A DNA stretch of 64,000 nt from Giardia intestinalis. Taxonomy: Eukaryota. The position numbers and the translations under genes are program-made. Under the pieces are notes generated by a model. It saw only the letters and a program-made list of their open reading frames with translations, was not told where the DNA came from and ran no database searches. The stretch is from the NCBI GenBank assembly GCA_000002435.2, contig CM018791.1; one strand, 5' to 3'. Shown piece by piece: positions 18,801 to 28,900 of the stretch (position 1 is the stretch's first letter; the number at the start of each line of letters is the position of its first letter).

Positions 18801-21200
18801 ATATCGAGATGCCTTGAGAACATGTGCCGAAAGTGGGACATACTGCCTCTTATCAAGCTCATTCTATGCTACAAGTTCGACTTACACACATCAATCCGTT
18901 TAGACGACCTAACACTCTTTAAAACCGGGAATAAAAATGGATCTAGTTCTGTGATGCAAATGTTTACACATCCAGGATTCTTTTCTGGGGCAAGCAAGAC
19001 ATATTTCATGGGTCTATCTAAGACCACGCATCTCTATAAGATCCTAAAGCCATCTATGCGGGTATTTTGTGCAAAGCTGGACTCAGCAGCTTCTAGAACA
19101 GCATCTCATGCTAGTATCAAGTCTACTACACAAGCTAGAATAAGTGTAGAGGAACAAAAGGGCCTTATGCATCTACGATCAATCGTTTCAAGTATTGGTT
19201 ATGTACTTCTCGATCTACGCGCAGTTTTGGGGATTATTCATGAGCTGATCATTCAAAGGCATGCATCTTGTGAGCTTTCTGCCAAAAAGGACGCTAGCTA
19301 CAATCCTATGGACAGGTTTGTTCTTGAGGTCTTCATGCACCACAATTCTATGGATATTGATAGAACACATCGCGCACTAATTTCTTTTCTTCTTAGCATT
19401 CAAGTCTATGTTCTCTGTGATCATCTATCAGAGGATTTTGGGGCAGAGTGTAAAGATGAGGACAACCAATTGGATAGTCTCTGGCCAGGTTCTAGGCACA
19501 GCCCGACACGTCCACTTTCTATAGCCTCGCATGCAGGTGCAATGTATAAACTGAATGAAGCTGGTGAATCCGATGAAGATGAGACATCTCTTTTCGATGA
19601 TCCTGTCCTGGATGACGCACCCGTGAAAGTCAGGCCAGCATCAGAGGCATTAGGCATCTTCCAATGTAACGAGTTTCTTCTCGTATTTCTGGAAATGCTT
19701 TCTTCGTCAGATCACGTCATCACTGAATACCTCTGTTATTCCTATATAATGCTCCATGAATGTAGTGGCGCCAAATATCCCTATCCATTTATCGGCTTAG
19801 ACTCGGTACTCTTGTTGATTAGAAAGCTGCTTCCAGAGCTTCCAGGGCCATATTTTGCATTACTGAATTCGTCGCTCAAACACATAGCTGTTACTGATAG
19901 GTGTGATGCGCCCGTATTAGATGTAGGCACTGTGCTCCGCATACTAGGCTCTCAAAAACGTATGGTGCGACTTATGCTTATGAATGCAGTCGCAGAGGAG
20001 TACGGCCGCTTGCTCACCAAGGAGACTATTCCGCAAGCAGGACCTTCTCTCGAAGACATCCCTAGAGCAATAGAATCTGGGGACAGATTGATACCAGATA
20101 CCACCTCTCCAATGACAGCTGGAGGTCGTCGTGATCCGACAAAGAAACCCAAGTCGTCGATCAAACAAAAGCGAGAGAACAAATCCATCGATGAGTTGAA
20201 GACGTCCTGCTACCTCGACGTCCCAATCACCTATGAGAACTTTGTCACGGTAATCTCTAAGACAGGAGGCGCTCTTTTCCCAGCAATGACTGCTAAATAC
20301 TATTATGCTGCAATGTGGAATGCAGCTGTCGACAAAGCTGAGTCTACTTCCACGCGTCCATCTACATTAGGATCGGGGTTGGAGCCTGGGTCCCACATCA
20401 GTTCAAGCATGCCATCCCTAAGACGTATCTTCTCTATACTTCCATATGTTGCATACGAGCCATTTCCTTGTCTGTTCAAGATCCTCTCTCGGAAAAGCAA
20501 ATTATTCTCTACGCAAAGACTTTACTATGGGCATGAGGTAAGCGCTCAGCATGATATCCAGGCCCTTGTGCTTCGGTATGCCCTGTGTGGAGATAGATAT
20601 GGGCATATTCAAGAGCTTCGAGGAACTCTCAAAACCATTGTCTATGAGCTGGAGGCTCCAGTCAAGCGGCTTGTTTCCATGTTGACATGTGAGGCTAATG
20701 GATTGGCATACAATATGGAGCCATTTTATATATCTGCGCGTTTGTCTGGCTCCATCACCACCACCACTACCAGTGTTTCAACTGTCTGCTCCCCTGAAGC
20801 TACTAAGTGCTCTATTAGCTCTCTATCTTATACAATGCCAGCTAGGAGACACCTCTCTGCAATGGCTATGCAGCTGACCGCACTTTATGCCTCAGCAAAG
20901 CTCACCATTGGAGACAACTCGCTTCCAGACGACGCTTTGGTGGATGTCATCAGCACAATAAGAGAACTTAGCATTCAGATGCACATATCTTACCAGTCCT
21001 TGCGTCCTTTCAACAGCAGCATCACTGGGCTCCTATATGAATTACAAGACCGATTACAAGGTGTTGTGCGCTGTGACTCTTACTTGTGCAAAAATGTTAC
21101 AGCTGAAGAGATGCTTCGGGAAACTTTGGGCGTTGACAACATCAGTGGGCCACTGGCACGGATACTGGGCATGGCACGCAACTCCATACATATCCAGTAG
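15816..21200 (+). CDS. large hypothetical protein (~1794 aa) with an N-terminal coiled coil
   Basis: The track ORF starts at a GTG at 15804, and the first ATG is at 15816 (AAAATG context). A coiled-coil segment reads ERRLSEEKESAKKRETELEQRIKSLESELAAQKK. No recognised catalytic domain. Confidence 0.45.
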   Translation: MRGSSPSQYRKTGLSAQLAAPPQPLQRPEDWALPDSQSAARVNATRIPEHYWRVPKDTLTYVNGVPMRQTDADTIFPSSEPRTEAERLWLYNFSSDVLSHVTGRASYLNLNKEGDIRFVLHGINLLQIFCFEISRHVACITLDKQTYPYEKLAELLVSISHSLQGLNENLTHYAANEASHAPLLSDLSNFYRYTSPGTDITNLYADVRSTTAIDTETSLALITELERRLSEEKESAKKRETELEQRIKSLESELAAQKKNSSRLELELSATKTIRTNITSTHSLGKGLSASASNLAQGSSAPGISAEDSLTDLKPHAARKPHSLNTDMITTNIYSSFAPAPAPMTQASSSIRLLPQNVTDIYGNISTMSMQRSQPRGEGAVLQRISEMPVSHNLTGQQTLGDGADYTVLRSCTGGSQRMLDRFGKREADLDHVETVPSTLEVSNCRDSSRIELHSGRTDPSQRSSAIFQTIGNLMSAQLTASHRIPSRPQTAPDPEYPSLSYRSTQEIGPSVNSSIDITRLQRKNWADVTMKDTRGRASEKLINSSGHQDVPDPTATLVLPKGLASAASKFLGAIMSLDEDDAWRLEANLTRQLTRNTLDTPLAGTYNKDLGHVLLRQSNDTQAFSLLNPICMSHEKAIGEIDLSADNFRITFRAIPEVASGQKSLFSGQVAQGWTDDYLQQYMREVDLTNTGTHSSRPLLLSGHSNSLPAASSSLAVFNNSIESGIVEPQHTLPQPLKSAVGRHIPILSKNRYINPEVRPKTSLKPARMSKRSSTSTSPTRHNMSTDPVAEVEADNLPPNQSAHEFITEADAFQGMIALGEKDMSPALADPSAHTVTCRTLYSKTRAELHTIYRHIYSLRSTGSDTSVADRGSEEKILLQPRYISQYTKIVDALLQTENGLQSIPFIKGPSYLESQYGQSDQKKESIMLLTRKLFCSDSIFSFTTNDNIFQALNERIATVSQQELRDVLWCDFLTQWNSLTNGITGQETKQAALISRCLENMCRKWDILPLIKLILCYKFDLHTSIRLDDLTLFKTGNKNGSSSVMQMFTHPGFFSGASKTYFMGLSKTTHLYKILKPSMRVFCAKLDSAASRTASHASIKSTTQARISVEEQKGLMHLRSIVSSIGYVLLDLRAVLGIIHELIIQRHASCELSAKKDASYNPMDRFVLEVFMHHNSMDIDRTHRALISFLLSIQVYVLCDHLSEDFGAECKDEDNQLDSLWPGSRHSPTRPLSIASHAGAMYKLNEAGESDEDETSLFDDPVLDDAPVKVRPASEALGIFQCNEFLLVFLEMLSSSDHVITEYLCYSYIMLHECSGAKYPYPFIGLDSVLLLIRKLLPELPGPYFALLNSSLKHIAVTDRCDAPVLDVGTVLRILGSQKRMVRLMLMNAVAEEYGRLLTKETIPQAGPSLEDIPRAIESGDRLIPDTTSPMTAGGRRDPTKKPKSSIKQKRENKSIDELKTSCYLDVPITYENFVTVISKTGGALFPAMTAKYYYAAMWNAAVDKAESTSTRPSTLGSGLEPGSHISSSMPSLRRIFSILPYVAYEPFPCLFKILSRKSKLFSTQRLYYGHEVSAQHDIQALVLRYALCGDRYGHIQELRGTLKTIVYELEAPVKRLVSMLTCEANGLAYNMEPFYISARLSGSITTTTTSVSTVCSPEATKCSISSLSYTMPARRHLSAMAMQLTALYASAKLTIGDNSLPDDALVDVISTIRELSIQMHISYQSLRPFNSSITGLLYELQDRLQGVVRCDSYLCKNVTAEEMLRETLGVDNISGPLARILGMARNSIHIQ

Positions 21201-21310
21201 CTTTTCTTTCTCTGCGCTATCTCTGCCATAGTATATTGTTTTATCTTTTTGTGCACATTAGTTTACACCGGTTCTGTAAGTTCAATTAGGTCATGTTGTA
21301 TACTAGCGGA

Positions 21311-22009
21311 CTACTCTGGGAAATCAAACTCACTATCTCTCGGGGAGCTTTCTGTTACGCTCAACCCTGCAGTGGCTTGTGACATGTAAGAAAGGCTCTC
21401 TTCCCTTCTAATCTTTATGCGGATTTTCTGAAGGTAGGACTCCACGTTTTGGCGGGTAAGATTGGGAAATTCGTCCTGAATTAGGTTCAGAATGCGGGAA
21501 GGGGTAGCCCTTGTGACTCCGAGTTGGTATATGGCTGCGTCTGCCTTCTTCCTGAACGCCTCTGTCCATGAGAATTTGGTCTTAGCTGGAGCGAGAGACA
21601 TTTGCGGCACTATTCTGTTATATATGTTTAATAACTCCATTAGGACGCTTTGGTTCATCATGTCACTATAGGTTATCATGCTTTCCTCAGTGTGCGTGAC
21701 TATTGCCACAATCTTTCGTAGTGAGTGCAGTAACTGGGCCACTTGTTCGACAGTTACGCCATTTCGTGCAAACTGGGTACACAATGGACAACAGGAGGTT
21801 ACGGCGATACTTGAATCGTGGCTGTTGATGGATAGCTCTTGGGAGACTACCTCTGTTTTGGATGGAATGATACTGCTGTTCTCTAGTCTATCAGTCTTTG
21901 CTTTTTGTGCTTTCATGTGATAGTACGCCATACGCACCGCGACGTTCTTGCTGGTAAGGCTAGTGCTCTTCCTAATTCTATTGTCCTTTTTTGCACTTGA
22001 CTCGGGCAT
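21311..22009 (-). CDS. Myb-like (SHAQKYF/GARP-type) DNA-binding protein
   Basis: KFSWTEAFRKKADAAIYQLGVTRATPSRILNLIQDEFPNLTRQNVESYLQKIRIKI matches the single-repeat Myb SHAQKYF class (…SHLQKYR). ATG start at 22009. Confidence 0.5.
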   Translation of the reverse strand: MPESSAKKDNRIRKSTSLTSKNVAVRMAYYHMKAQKAKTDRLENSSIIPSKTEVVSQELSINSHDSSIAVTSCCPLCTQFARNGVTVEQVAQLLHSLRKIVAIVTHTEESMITYSDMMNQSVLMELLNIYNRIVPQMSLAPAKTKFSWTEAFRKKADAAIYQLGVTRATPSRILNLIQDEFPNLTRQNVESYLQKIRIKIRREESLSYMSQATAGLSVTESSPRDSEFDFPE

Positions 22010-22407
22010 CTAATAATTGAAGTGTTTTTTCTCGCTAGTCAAGTACCATCCAAGCCTATCGATTGGATTGTTTATTTTTAAAAAGGATCAATCATAGACA
22101 ATCTCGGTTTTAGTGTAAACAGAAAAGCGAAGGAACAGGTCCGAGTGACAGGTAGGTAACTCCTCTATGTCTCTTGGTGTCAATCTATCATCTACAGACC
22201 TCTTTTCTGCAAAGAGTTCGTAACAGTTAAGACTGACAAGTAAGAATACTTAGACCGACAAAATCGATTGAATCGACAAATGCACTCAGCCCAAGTGTGC
22301 TCTCTGGCTCTTATGTTTACTGATGGTACAGATGCATGCCATATGTACACACTAGGATGGGCTCTGCTTAGAGTAATGGTAACTATATTGGTGCTACACT
22401 ACTAGAT

Positions 22408-24558
22408 TCACCCTACCAGACTCATGATGTCATCTTCTAGGACGTGGCGGTAGTATTGTGTCTTCGGCATGTGCATACTTGCTAACTTGGATTTGTGGTC
22501 GCGAATTGCACGCACCAGTGCGTCTCCAGATGGAATCGGCAACGCCAGGCGGCAATTGATGCCGGGAAGAACAAGCGTATCCTCAGAACCATCCGCTTTT
22601 CTAGCTACTCCACAAAATGAGATCATATCTTTAATTATCCCTGGTATGAACTGAGCGCCTTGATCAGATGTTTCAAATATCCAATGTGCGTCTCTCGAGA
22701 AGATCGTGAGGACTTTGTAACGATTTTGGATCTGGTAAATGTCATCCAATGGAACCGCACTGGCACCATCTAGCTCGTAGTAGTCTATGTGGATGGGGTA
22801 CGTGCTCAGCAATTTGTTCTGGTAGTAAACTGCTAGGCGACAATACCGGATACAGGCCAACTCTAGAGACGAAGGAGAAAATCGTGCCTCATCATCCTTT
22901 TCTACCAAGTAGTCTGGGTCCTCGAATCGCCCAATCTTCTCTGTGCACTGTTCAACGCTTATTCCAAGCAAAGTGGTGTAAAACCAGATGATCCTGGCTA
23001 TTATAAAATACATTACATAGTAATAAAACGGCACCTCGGTCTTGTAGAGATAGCCTGCGGGCTCGAAGAGACGATAGTACGGAAGTAAGCCAAACTCGAG
23101 AGCCCAGCATCCTAGGAGACAGCGAAGCCTTTCGTATGCTTTCCTCGTTTTATCATTCACTGAGAAAGCACTCTTGATTGTGTCTAACTCTGTAAACCAG
23201 ACCATGAAATGACTATAACAGAACTTTCTATAAATTCTGTCCAAATTGAGGACATTTCCCAGTGAGGTGGCCATGGCCAACCTGGATAGTGTGTCAGATG
23301 CCATATTAACTACATCGTTAATAGACCTGGATAGAGACTTGCAGAGCAAACTATCTATCCGGCGAACATATTCTATTGCTTGCAGAGTAACAATAGAGCG
23401 ATTAACACTATAGAACGTGGATAGCTTCTCCACAATGGTAAAGGGCCGCTTTTGAATGCACAACTGATAGACTGATAGGTATGCATCTTTAAAGAAATCT
23501 ACACCGTTCCCCAGTTCGGTTAACATTGCAAAAAAGAATTTTCGAGACGAGTCCATGTACCTATAGATACCCTCAGGTGAGAACTGTGTAGAAAGAGGCT
23601 TTTCTTTTTCAGGGAGAGTCCTGGAGTCCAAGCGTGCGATAGTGTAGACGGCGTAAACCTTAGAGTGGTACATATTATTATGATAGTAGTTGGACAAGTA
23701 CTTTGAATAGTTCAGCTCATGCAACCAGGAAAAGGATAGGTCAAGGGCCTGAGTAAGGTGCATAATATCTTCAAGGAGCTGAGAGGAACGCTTGGGAGTG
23801 ACACCGTTGGCCACGCCCGCGGTAACTATCTGAATCAGAACAAAAAGACTGGTCTGGTAGTATGCTGGAACATCTTTCCGGGACTTTTCTTCCAGATTTA
23901 GGACTTTTATAAACACTCCGTAGGGGAAAACCGCACTATATCCATCATAAAAGATCGACTCTATCTCTGAAAGACTGAGGTACATGGCGTAGTGCAGTAG
24001 ATCAAGATTATAATCATCGTTGTGCTTGCATTTTGCGGCAGAAAAGGCATTCCTGTGGATTGAACCTAATAAGACAGCAGATAGAAGGATTGCATAGACG
24101 GAGAATAAAATATAAAGTTGAGTATTTGTTATGCCTGGTATGGATGAGCGTACGTATGCCAAGAGGGTACTTTCTGTTTCCTGCGCCGCCTTCTGCACCG
24201 TCTCGCTGGAGGCCCTTGCTTTAAGATAACTTCTTAGCAGGTCAATAGCTTGCGCAACAATGCCATGATATGAGAGGGACACGGGGACCATGGACTCCGT
24301 GAGGCAGAAGAAGTCACAAAGCACCCCATAGACTGCCTCTTCAGGCGTCAAGGCGCTGATCAGCTGCGTCAGGGAGAGGCGAGTGTCCTCGTCTTTCAGG
24401 CAGGAAATGGCATCAAGCGCCGGGTTTCCATACTCTGGCACTCTGAGGGCTTCTGAGAAAGACAGTGATGGGCTCATAAAATAAGTCTTGGGGGTGAGAT
24501 TGGCAGCAGAAGTGAAGAAGTCGGTAGTGACATCAATAAGCTTTTCCGGCTCGGGCAT
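22408..24558 (-). CDS. hypothetical protein (716 aa) with an integrase-core-like C-terminal motif
   Basis: ATG start at 24558. The C-terminal segment …IHIDYYELDGAS…KVLTIFSRDAHWIFETSDQGAQFIPG… weakly resembles an rve/DDE integrase catalytic core (D…D-x-G-x-x-F). The rest is unassignable. Confidence 0.35.
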   Translation of the reverse strand: MPEPEKLIDVTTDFFTSAANLTPKTYFMSPSLSFSEALRVPEYGNPALDAISCLKDEDTRLSLTQLISALTPEEAVYGVLCDFFCLTESMVPVSLSYHGIVAQAIDLLRSYLKARASSETVQKAAQETESTLLAYVRSSIPGITNTQLYILFSVYAILLSAVLLGSIHRNAFSAAKCKHNDDYNLDLLHYAMYLSLSEIESIFYDGYSAVFPYGVFIKVLNLEEKSRKDVPAYYQTSLFVLIQIVTAGVANGVTPKRSSQLLEDIMHLTQALDLSFSWLHELNYSKYLSNYYHNNMYHSKVYAVYTIARLDSRTLPEKEKPLSTQFSPEGIYRYMDSSRKFFFAMLTELGNGVDFFKDAYLSVYQLCIQKRPFTIVEKLSTFYSVNRSIVTLQAIEYVRRIDSLLCKSLSRSINDVVNMASDTLSRLAMATSLGNVLNLDRIYRKFCYSHFMVWFTELDTIKSAFSVNDKTRKAYERLRCLLGCWALEFGLLPYYRLFEPAGYLYKTEVPFYYYVMYFIIARIIWFYTTLLGISVEQCTEKIGRFEDPDYLVEKDDEARFSPSSLELACIRYCRLAVYYQNKLLSTYPIHIDYYELDGASAVPLDDIYQIQNRYKVLTIFSRDAHWIFETSDQGAQFIPGIIKDMISFCGVARKADGSEDTLVLPGINCRLALPIPSGDALVRAIRDHKSKLASMHMPKTQYYRHVLEDDIMSLVG

Positions 24559-24699
24559 CCTCTTCTGTCAACGCAAGTTAGTGAATCCTAATCAATAATT
24601 TGCAAAACAAATACAAAATATTTTGCAATTTTAATTGCTTGCAAATGACCAGTAATCTAGGTCTTACGCACTTGGGGGGTCTGGCAACTTCTTGCCGGG

Positions 24700-25902
24700 A
24701 TGAATTGCTGCGGCGGGAAGCGGGGCTCCAGGATCTTTGTTAATCGGTCTGTATCCCCTATGCTGTCGTCCTCTTTAGATGAATCAGCTGTCATCGAAGA
24801 GAAGTGTCAGTACACATTAGTCCCTCTAGAGGATCTCGAGGTGGAGCGGTGCTCCTCAGATCTCTTCCCACAGTCGTCCACTTTATTATCATCCTCATCA
24901 GTAAGCGCAACTCCTCCTTGTGGGCCTCCTTTACTTGAATTCGACAACAGTAGGCAACCGAGCACCTCTGCAAGTACGCAGTGCTATATACCATCCCAGA
25001 ACTCTGATTTCCCTGCACAAGGTAGCGTTCTTCATAATCCTGATCACTCCATCGGCGAGGTTTCTTCTAAAGAACCATACTCGGTGGATGAACACGGAAA
25101 TCAGCTCTATCCCACGGACTCCAAGGGCCGTGAATACTATGCCTCTGCTGATGGTAACGAAATCTATGCCCTGGATAACTGTGGTTGCGAATATTATGCA
25201 AAGAGAGCAGATTCTCAGGAATATTACGCTAAACTTGCCAACGGAGACGAAAGGCTGGCCAAGAATAGTTTGGGAGATGAGATGTACGTGACAGATTTGA
25301 ATCATATGGAGTTATATCCTCACACGGCGTGCGGAGACCCTATTTTCGCTAAAGATGCTGACGGGAATGAAATGTACGCTTATTCTGGAGAGCTTAGGCA
25401 AGAGATATATCCGTGTGATCAGCGACGCTGGCAGGTCTATGCACGCCTTGCCACTGGCGCCCAGGTCTATGCCAGAGCTGCAACGGGAAGCGACTATTAC
25501 GCACAGGATCCATTTGGAAGCGAAATCTTGGCTAAGGATGACAATGGGTCAGAGTATTATGCATGCGACGGTGCTAACAATGAGTTCTATCCATTAGATG
25601 CAATTGGGAACACGATTTATCGTCGTGCGCTAGAGAATGGGAGGGAGTTCTACGCCCGTGCTAAAAATGGCGACGAGCATTATGGAAGCAACGCATTGGG
25701 TGATGAGATCTATGCGACTGATGAGTCTGGGAACCAGTACTATTCATCAGACTTCACAGGTAGACGCATATATGCCAAAGACCGTCACGGCCTTTATTAT
25801 TCTGCACATTCCATTACAACACAGAGCACCCACACTGTTGCAGATGACAGACAGGCAGCAGTGGACGAGGACCCAGTACAACTTCTCTCTGCAAGTAATT
25901 AG
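24700..25902 (+). CDS. decapeptide-repeat protein (~24 tandem 10-aa repeats, consensus D-x-x-G-x-E-[IY]-Y-A-x)
   Basis: After a 120-aa N-terminal region (MNCCGGKRG…), the protein is a run of decapeptide units: DEHGNQLYPT / DSKGREYYAS / ADGNEIYAL / DNCGCEYYAKR / ADSQEYYAKL / … / DESGNQYYSS / DFTGRRIYAK. Confidence 0.5.
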   Translation: MNCCGGKRGSRIFVNRSVSPMLSSSLDESAVIEEKCQYTLVPLEDLEVERCSSDLFPQSSTLLSSSSVSATPPCGPPLLEFDNSRQPSTSASTQCYIPSQNSDFPAQGSVLHNPDHSIGEVSSKEPYSVDEHGNQLYPTDSKGREYYASADGNEIYALDNCGCEYYAKRADSQEYYAKLANGDERLAKNSLGDEMYVTDLNHMELYPHTACGDPIFAKDADGNEMYAYSGELRQEIYPCDQRRWQVYARLATGAQVYARAATGSDYYAQDPFGSEILAKDDNGSEYYACDGANNEFYPLDAIGNTIYRRALENGREFYARAKNGDEHYGSNALGDEIYATDESGNQYYSSDFTGRRIYAKDRHGLYYSAHSITTQSTHTVADDRQAAVDEDPVQLLSASN

Positions 25903-25958
25903 CCAGTCGTCAAGTGCATTTACACCTTAAATTGTGTTTTCAATGACTTGTCACCGTT

Positions 25959-28900
25959 TCATGTTTTCGAGAAGCTTCGGGGGGACTTCATGCTCTTAGA
26001 GAATGAGAAAGAAAAGGTCCCACTCTTGGAGTTGTTATTAATCCTGGAATATGTAGTTTTAGGCGTCATAGTCACTGCACACTCTTCATGCCCTGCAGTG
26101 GACGCCCAGTCCTGCGCCGTTCTTCCGTTTGTATCAGTAATGTTTCCTTCAATCTTATTAAGAAGCGCGCAAATAGATTTGTGCCCATTCATTGCGGCGT
26201 ACATCATGGCGGTATATCCATCGTTGTCCTGCATGCCACCCTCGACCTTCATGAGGGCTTTCACCAGAGGCAAGTTACCCTGCTCTGCGGCCATCATCAT
26301 TGCGGTTTTATTGTCGATGTTTTTCAGGCCGGCCTCTAGTTTCACAAGGGGCTTCGCCAAAGGTATCTGGCCGCTTTCCGCTGCATACATCAAGGCCGAC
26401 GCCTGAGTATCAGGTGTTTGAATAGCGCATTCGGCTTTAGCTAACAGTTTCACCAGTGCTGGCCTATTGTTCAGAACAGCGTGCATCAACGCCGTGTGAC
26501 CATCTTTGCTCTGCATTTTGGCCTCATGTGGAAGCAGTAACTTTAAGGCCTTGCCTTGGCCATATCTAACAGCGGATATAAGGGCGGTCTCGCCGTTTTT
26601 CATCGTCATCTTATTCTCCATTAAGAGAAGTTCTTTGGTAATCTTCACGTTGCCATTTCGTGCTGCATACATGAGTGCGGTGTCACCGTTAGCGGTCTGT
26701 TGCTTTGCATACTCCTTCAGTAAATCTTTGACCAGCTTGACGTCATTGTTCTTGGCGGCCTTCATCAACGGAGTCATTGTCATGCTGACTGCATCAGCGG
26801 TCTCTAGGGCTTCGTCAGCCTTATCAATAAGTTGCGCAGCAAGCTCACACATGCTCTCACCTTGGATAGTTGGGTCCCCCTTGCTAACGTACACGTGATG
26901 TAAGTAACCCCCAGATGCCTTGATTCTTTCGCCTTCTGCAAAGAATGGCCCATTTGCATATGAATATCTCGATCGGAGAGACGTGGCAGTTGAGTCAGTA
27001 GAGTCCTCACACGTACTGGAATCCTGCACTCTTGTCGCTGCCTTGCAGAGCTCTTCATCAAGAGTAGGGCTGCAGGGCGCAGAGGGATTCAGGTTTTCTA
27101 CAATCACCTCATAAAGAAGGGTGCCATCCTGTACCTCTTGCTCAGTCGCAGTGGGAAGCCGGGGAAGGGCGTTCATGAGCTTTTCTGCTGTCTTCTTGTC
27201 CTTGCATATCACCTCAACTACAGATGGATCAGCGGCTACTTGGTCGACAAGCATGGGATCTGCGACAATCTCTTTCAGCACCGAGTCGTCTTGAGATAGA
27301 ACTGCCACTACGTCCGGATACAAGCAGGTCTTGCGGAGCAGCTCAGGATTCATTGTCAGGGCAGACACTAACTCTGGATTGCCTACCAGCGCATCAAAAA
27401 GCTTGTCTGACGACAGAAGCGCCTCTAGCAGATTCTCGTTGTCAGATAGCAGCCTCCCCAAGGAAGGATTAGACTGAACAGCCATAGACAGTCTTTTGTT
27501 CTTAGCCATAGCATTCTGAAGCGCAATAGAGTATGGAGGCTCCTCCATGATAGACGGAGAAGGCTCTGGTGAAACATTTCTGTCAATATGAGACGAGGCA
27601 ACAGGCGTGGACACTATCCGCTTAAACCTTTCCTCATCCTCACCATCTATGAGGTGACCATCATCTCCATCGTCTGTTCTACTTATGTACTCTATAAGCT
27701 CCTCAACACTCTGCCCAATATCCCCGACCTCACTGAAGTACGAATTCTGAGATATCACAGAGGTGGTGCTGGACGACAGGACCCGGAGCTCATCGGTCAG
27801 GCGTTCTATTCGCGCATCAATAGCACGCTCCCAGTTGACGTTTAGCTTTCTCAGTTCTTCATCATCGTTGATTATAGTTTGAAGCTCGCGCATAGCACGC
27901 ACAAGGTTATCAGTCTTCTTGTTGAGCCTCAAAAGCCCTGGTCGATTCTCTATGAGAGTTTGGTGGATTGCTTGAATCTTATCTGTCAACTTCCTTTGAT
28001 AGATTTCTGCTAGCTTACTTCTTGTGCTAGCAGACATCAGCAAGTGGGCGCCAGAGTCAGACTCACGATTACTTGACTTATAACCACCGGTAGGAGAAAA
28101 GTCCGGTTGTGGAATCCGGCTTCTGTGAAGACCGGACTGGCTATCCATCATGCTTCCGCGAAGATTGGCGCCCGGTGTGCCAGCCATCCGCGGAGTCGCG
28201 CCCGAGACACTGCTTCTGAGGGCGTTGCCGCTTGTGCTTCCAGCGCGGCCTGACTTCGGCGTTGGATATCGAATGTTGGATCCATTGTTTGTTGGATAAT
28301 GCTGCTTTTGCGTTTCTGCTGCGATTTCGTCAAAGGTCTTGCCACCACGACCGCCGAGAGGCTTCCACGGACTGGGTTCTTCTTGCCTACGCCCAGATCG
28401 GGATGTGGACCCTTTACCTACGCCTCGAGGCGAAAAGGCTTCTTGCTCATGACCGGCAAATCCTGTTGGAGGCCTCTTCGTGCTTCCAGCTCGTGCCGAG
28501 GACACAGTTGATCCGGAACGCTGTGGGGCGCTTTTCATCTGTGACACAGAGCTCTTACGTCTATTTGCAGAAGAGCCCTTCGCCATTTGTGCCTCAAGCT
28601 TGTCTCTGTGCTGGTTCATCAAGACTATATCATTATTAAGAGTATCGATTTGGTCTTCCAGGGCCTTCTTTTGGGCAATGTTACCTGGCGCACAATCTCT
28701 TGCCTCCATGATCCGGCGCTCGAGGATGGCAAGCTTGTTGTCTATCTCCTGGTCTAGGACCTGTTTGAGAGTATCTGGCGAGATTCCTGGGGACTGCGGA
28801 CCCTGCTGACTTACGGCCGACGGTATCTTACTAGAATAGGTTGGGGCCTTGGTTGTCGACAAGCGCAGCGACTCCCCGCTCTCCTTTATGAACTCCGACA

